From positions 27,466,001-27,530,000 of the forward strand of contig OZ249437.1 in the NCBI GenBank assembly GCA_965235115.1: a stretch of 64,000 nt of DNA, given 5' to 3'. Positions 60,765-64,000 of this stretch are shown here, in pieces. Source of the stretch: Laetmonice hystrix (lineage: Eukaryota). The notes under the pieces were generated by a model. The model was not told the DNA's origin, did not search any database, and saw only the letters and a program-made list of their open reading frames with translations. Position 1 is the stretch's first letter, and the number at the start of each line of letters is the position of its first letter. The translations under genes were made by a program, and so were the position numbers.

Positions 60765-63625
60765 TCAATGTACCGGTGATGTTTCCCAGTAAAATAACCG
60801 CCGCGGAGGGCAAACTCGTTTGAAATTCTATGCCTCATTTACCATTTTCTTGACTGCCGCATGTTTACAAAGAGTATTGAATGGATCAATAATATTATTG
60901 TATGGATTCCTTTCATGAGAATGAAGAATATAAAAACGTGTTGTCTGTTCATTTGCCTGTACTTTTTTCTGCATGGAAGAGAGATTTATTATGAAGGGAT
61001 CAAAGTAAACACATGAAGGATTCTTAGGAGGCGAAGAGATTTGAAATGTTCCTATTACCTTACAACTGAATGCATTATATATGTAAATCTGAGAGCGCCG
61101 CTTAAAAAGTCGTCAAGAATGTTGCTTCAAGGGATTCAAAAACAATGTAAAGCAAGTACATCTGAGTACCAGCTCAGGCAATCGAGATGTAGTCTTTGAA
61201 TGTCAGACATAAAATCATGATTCTGTTTGTATTTCTAAGAACGGAAACATGGTTTCAATTTGTGGGATAGAAAACTGATACAACCCGTTAATGGGGCCCA
61301 TTCACGGGGCCCATTCATGGGGCTGACTGTAGGAGCCCTGATGTATAACTGTGCTGTTTGAAACCCTCTCGTTGTCCTATATCATTACATGTGATTGTGT
61401 AGCGCCTCCACTCACACAGTCCCCACGGCCTGGGTAATGGGGCGCTGTGCCCACACTCCCGCAAGTCCTATACATAACGGCCTGTGGTATACAGTGTCGT
61501 GGAACAAAAAGAAGGCAGTGTAGGAAGTCTGTTGAGCATGTGTCTGAGAGCCCTCAGGGTAACAGAATTCTACGAGTATCGTCTGTATTAATGTTCTAAT
61601 CTTGATAAAGAGCACTAGTTGTGATGTACCACAGTATAGAGCATTACGTGCTTATATTATTGCCCCACAGCTTGACATTGGGCAGCAATTATTTAAATGC
61701 CCACGGTCCGACAACGAGCTGTCCGTGTAGTTATCCATCAGTTTCTTTAAGATGTTTGTACCCTGATTGGCAAGCGGCCCGGTAGAGTTGTAGCTATCTT
61801 CCACCGCCCCCCACCCCCCACGGGTTGGGACAGCCTTGGGTTGGGCACAGGGCAGGCAGGCGACCACTACATTCAGACTTAATGAAGACCGTATTGGGTG
61901 GGGATGGGAATTGGTAAGACGGAGCGGCTGGCCGACTGTTTCAAGGACAGTAGGGACCAGCGGTCGGTCTAATGAAGAAGACTTGTTTTATGGGGTAGAA
62001 CGTCACCCCAGGGGTAGATACGTCACCCCTGGGGGTAGATAAAGATGTAGATGGAGGGGAATATCGCCGTCTAGACGGTAAACGTGAACAGCGGAGCTGG
62101 CGGCTCTGCCAGTTTTCTGCCTTGAGGATGTTTTCTTATGAGGCATTTATTAGTGGAGCCCTAATTGCTAGTTAACATAATGTCCAGTTTTAGTGACTTT
62201 GTTATGTAGGTCGGTTAACGTAGACCGGAGATAGTTGGATCATAATGATTCTTATGTCAGTCGGGCAAACAACAGTAGAGCAGCTCTAGTCACGATTTGT
62301 GACATGCTAATTCTGCTGTTTCTAGTATTCCGCGCACGATTCTGATGGAGGACATGATGATATTGTAGGCATGGTATATTACCATGAATTAATTGTACAG
62401 AATAGAGGTTTGAATTATCCGACGCTACAGTAACTTAATCTCTCTCACAGCCCCTAAAACAAATGTCGGCACTGTACGCTATAGATAAGCGGTGATTGAT
62501 GAAGCATTGTAGGAAAATTAATTTGAACGCCCAGGCGCACTGCCAGTATACTGACTGAGTGGTTCTAAATCATTATATATTTAAAGTCAAGATTTTATAT
62601 CTCAAGGATCGAAGAAGAGTCGTGTCAGCATGACAGGCGACTGTGATTCGAAAGGTCAGATGATGTCAGAACCCTCTGGTGGAGACTACATAGACTAACA
62701 TTTCACTAGATTACTACTAATACGAGTTCTTGGAATATAGAAACATGCCTGTTTATAGCGACCGGTGTAATGGTTCGCCTAAAGTCCAGTATTATCATGT
62801 CGACTCTTGGAGTCCGTAATTATGTGTTAGAAGACTGCCGTCTCGATATACTCCGTATTACAGACGTGAGGCGTCTGAATAGAGTCTGGCTGCGTCGGGA
62901 CCAATTAATGGGAGACCATCACGGCTGACCAAGCGGCACTAACCTCGTACTAGCAACAGAAATGAACAGTTGTAACGGTGTCTGCTCGAACCAGAAAGCT
63001 TGATAGAGGACAGAAAATGGCAAAACTGCAGCAAAACATAGGACGGGTATCTCTTTTGCCATTTTACCATTTGAGGACAGTGCTGCTTTAATGTAGTCAG
63101 GAGTGCAGCCCCAGTGTCATATGAACCTGTCCTGGACTGCTGTTGACTCGGCTTCTAAATACAAACGTTGTCAAATATGTGACTAGAGGGATCGTTTGTG
63201 CCGCTGTCTAAGGAATATGGCTGCTTTTATTACTCGTCGGCAATTAATGTTGATGTACTAAAAGTCGATTGAAAGTGTCAGCTTCATTATCATGATCTGC
63301 TTTGTTGTTTAAAGCTCGATTTATCTCAAATGAATTTCAGGTATTAAAGACAAAGTGCTTGTCCAAAGGTTTGTGTAAGAAATACCAGTATTGATGAGTA
63401 AATTAAAGAAGTCATCTTTAATGATTCCAGCTTTAAAACCAAATTACTTTTGATTATCCAGTGTTTCGATAACAAACAGTTTAAAACATTTTCCCTCAGT
63501 TCAACAAATCGTTAAAGGAGCATCAGTCGACATCAAGTAGAGGACAGGCAACCCAAACTGGGAAGTTTTCCAACCGTTTACACTGGAAAGTTATAGAACT
63601 GATGAATGCTGACTTGATGTTTCAG

Positions 63626-64000
63626 GTGAACGGTCGTCGACTGCTGGGACTCGACCATATCGAGGTGGTGGAGATCCTCAAGGAACTCCCCAAACACGTG
63701 CGTATCGTGTGCGCCCGACAGAAGGCTCCCTCGGACTTACTCTATGCACAAAATCGGGACACGTTCTTCCAAACACCGAGTCCGCCGGCGGCGTACGCTG
63801 CCAGCGGGCCCACACATGTACAAACTACCACCATCTCGGACCGGCTGGTCAAGGCCAAATCCGAACAGTCTCTACCCGTGTCCGGGGTGGGTGTGGAGAA
63901 CTCGCTGAACAAAATGAAGTCGCGGTCGTTGGAACCGCTGACAGGCCTGGCCATGTGGAGTAGTGAACCGGTCGTCATCGAATTACAGAAAGGAGACCGG
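63626..64000 (+). CDS. MPDZ: MPDZ/Patj exon (runs off window): end of PDZ4, linker and start of PDZ5, VNGRRLLGLDHIEVVEILKELPKHVRIVCAR...RLVKAKSEQSL...KMKSRSLEPLTGLAMWSSEPVVIELQKGDR; absent from the ORF track
   Basis: Manual translation gives 125 open codons. Acceptor gatgtttcag at 63625. VNG..LLG..H..VV.ILKELP matches PDZ4. Confidence 0.96.
   Translation, partial: MNGRRLLGLDHIEVVEILKELPKHVRIVCARQKAPSDLLYAQNRDTFFQTPSPPAAYAASGPTHVQTTTISDRLVKAKSEQSLPVSGVGVENSLNKMKSRSLEPLTGLAMWSSEPVVIELQKGDR

Larger units (their letters stand above)
18243..64000 (+). other. MPDZ: Partial multi-exon gene: multiple PDZ domain protein (MPDZ/MUPP1-PATJ orthologue), PDZ1 C-half through start of PDZ5; truncated at both window ends
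   Basis: Nine exons join in one frame (intron phases 2|0|0|0|1|0|1|1|0), all with AG/GT boundaries. Successive PDZ domains match MPDZ/Patj in order: [25 protein letters not shown] (PDZ2), QGLGITIAGY...GIFVKSI (PDZ3), GLGISLEGT...HHYIRSVL (PDZ4). The Patj-type linkers MVLSTEW and SRSLEPLTGLAMW are present. Confidence 0.95.

Noticed and set aside
60106-60823. 235-aa and 237-aa repeat ORFs on opposite strands
   Set aside because: They come from a 42-bp minisatellite, and I found no compatible splice sites.

Overview
This is animal (invertebrate bilaterian-like) genomic DNA, not prokaryotic; I found no operons, CRISPR arrays, rRNA or true tRNA genes. The window is the interior of one + strand gene, the single invertebrate orthologue of MPDZ/MUPP1 and PATJ. 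Nine coding exons splice into one continuous frame with canonical AG/GT sites and matching phases: 18243-18516, 49808-49942, 52383-52763, 53071-53194, 54450-54541, 54827-54962, 55273-55386, 59439-59692 and 63626 to the window end. They encode the second half of PDZ1, all of PDZ2-PDZ4 and the start of PDZ5. I could not find the L27 domain or the first half of PDZ1, so they probably lie upstream behind an intron of at least 18 kb. PDZ1 and PDZ2 are separated by a 31.3-kb phase-0 intron. The introns hold more than 20 mutually unrelated minisatellites (about 11-12 kb in total), which account for nearly all the long ORFs in the supplied track. They also hold a tRNA-derived SINE, several MITEs (Kolobok-like, PIF/Harbinger-like, TA-flanked, hAT-like, Helentron-like) and some regulatory motif clusters. 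The best lead is an unannotated, GC3-rich, phase-0 candidate exon (37858-38022) in the 31-kb intron, which could start an isoform lacking L27 and PDZ1. Weaker leads are a 15-nt stop-containing microexon candidate and an in-frame acceptor in front of a 434-codon repeat ORF. I see no firm evidence of a wholly new biological system. All homology calls are from memory of the protein families; no database search was run.
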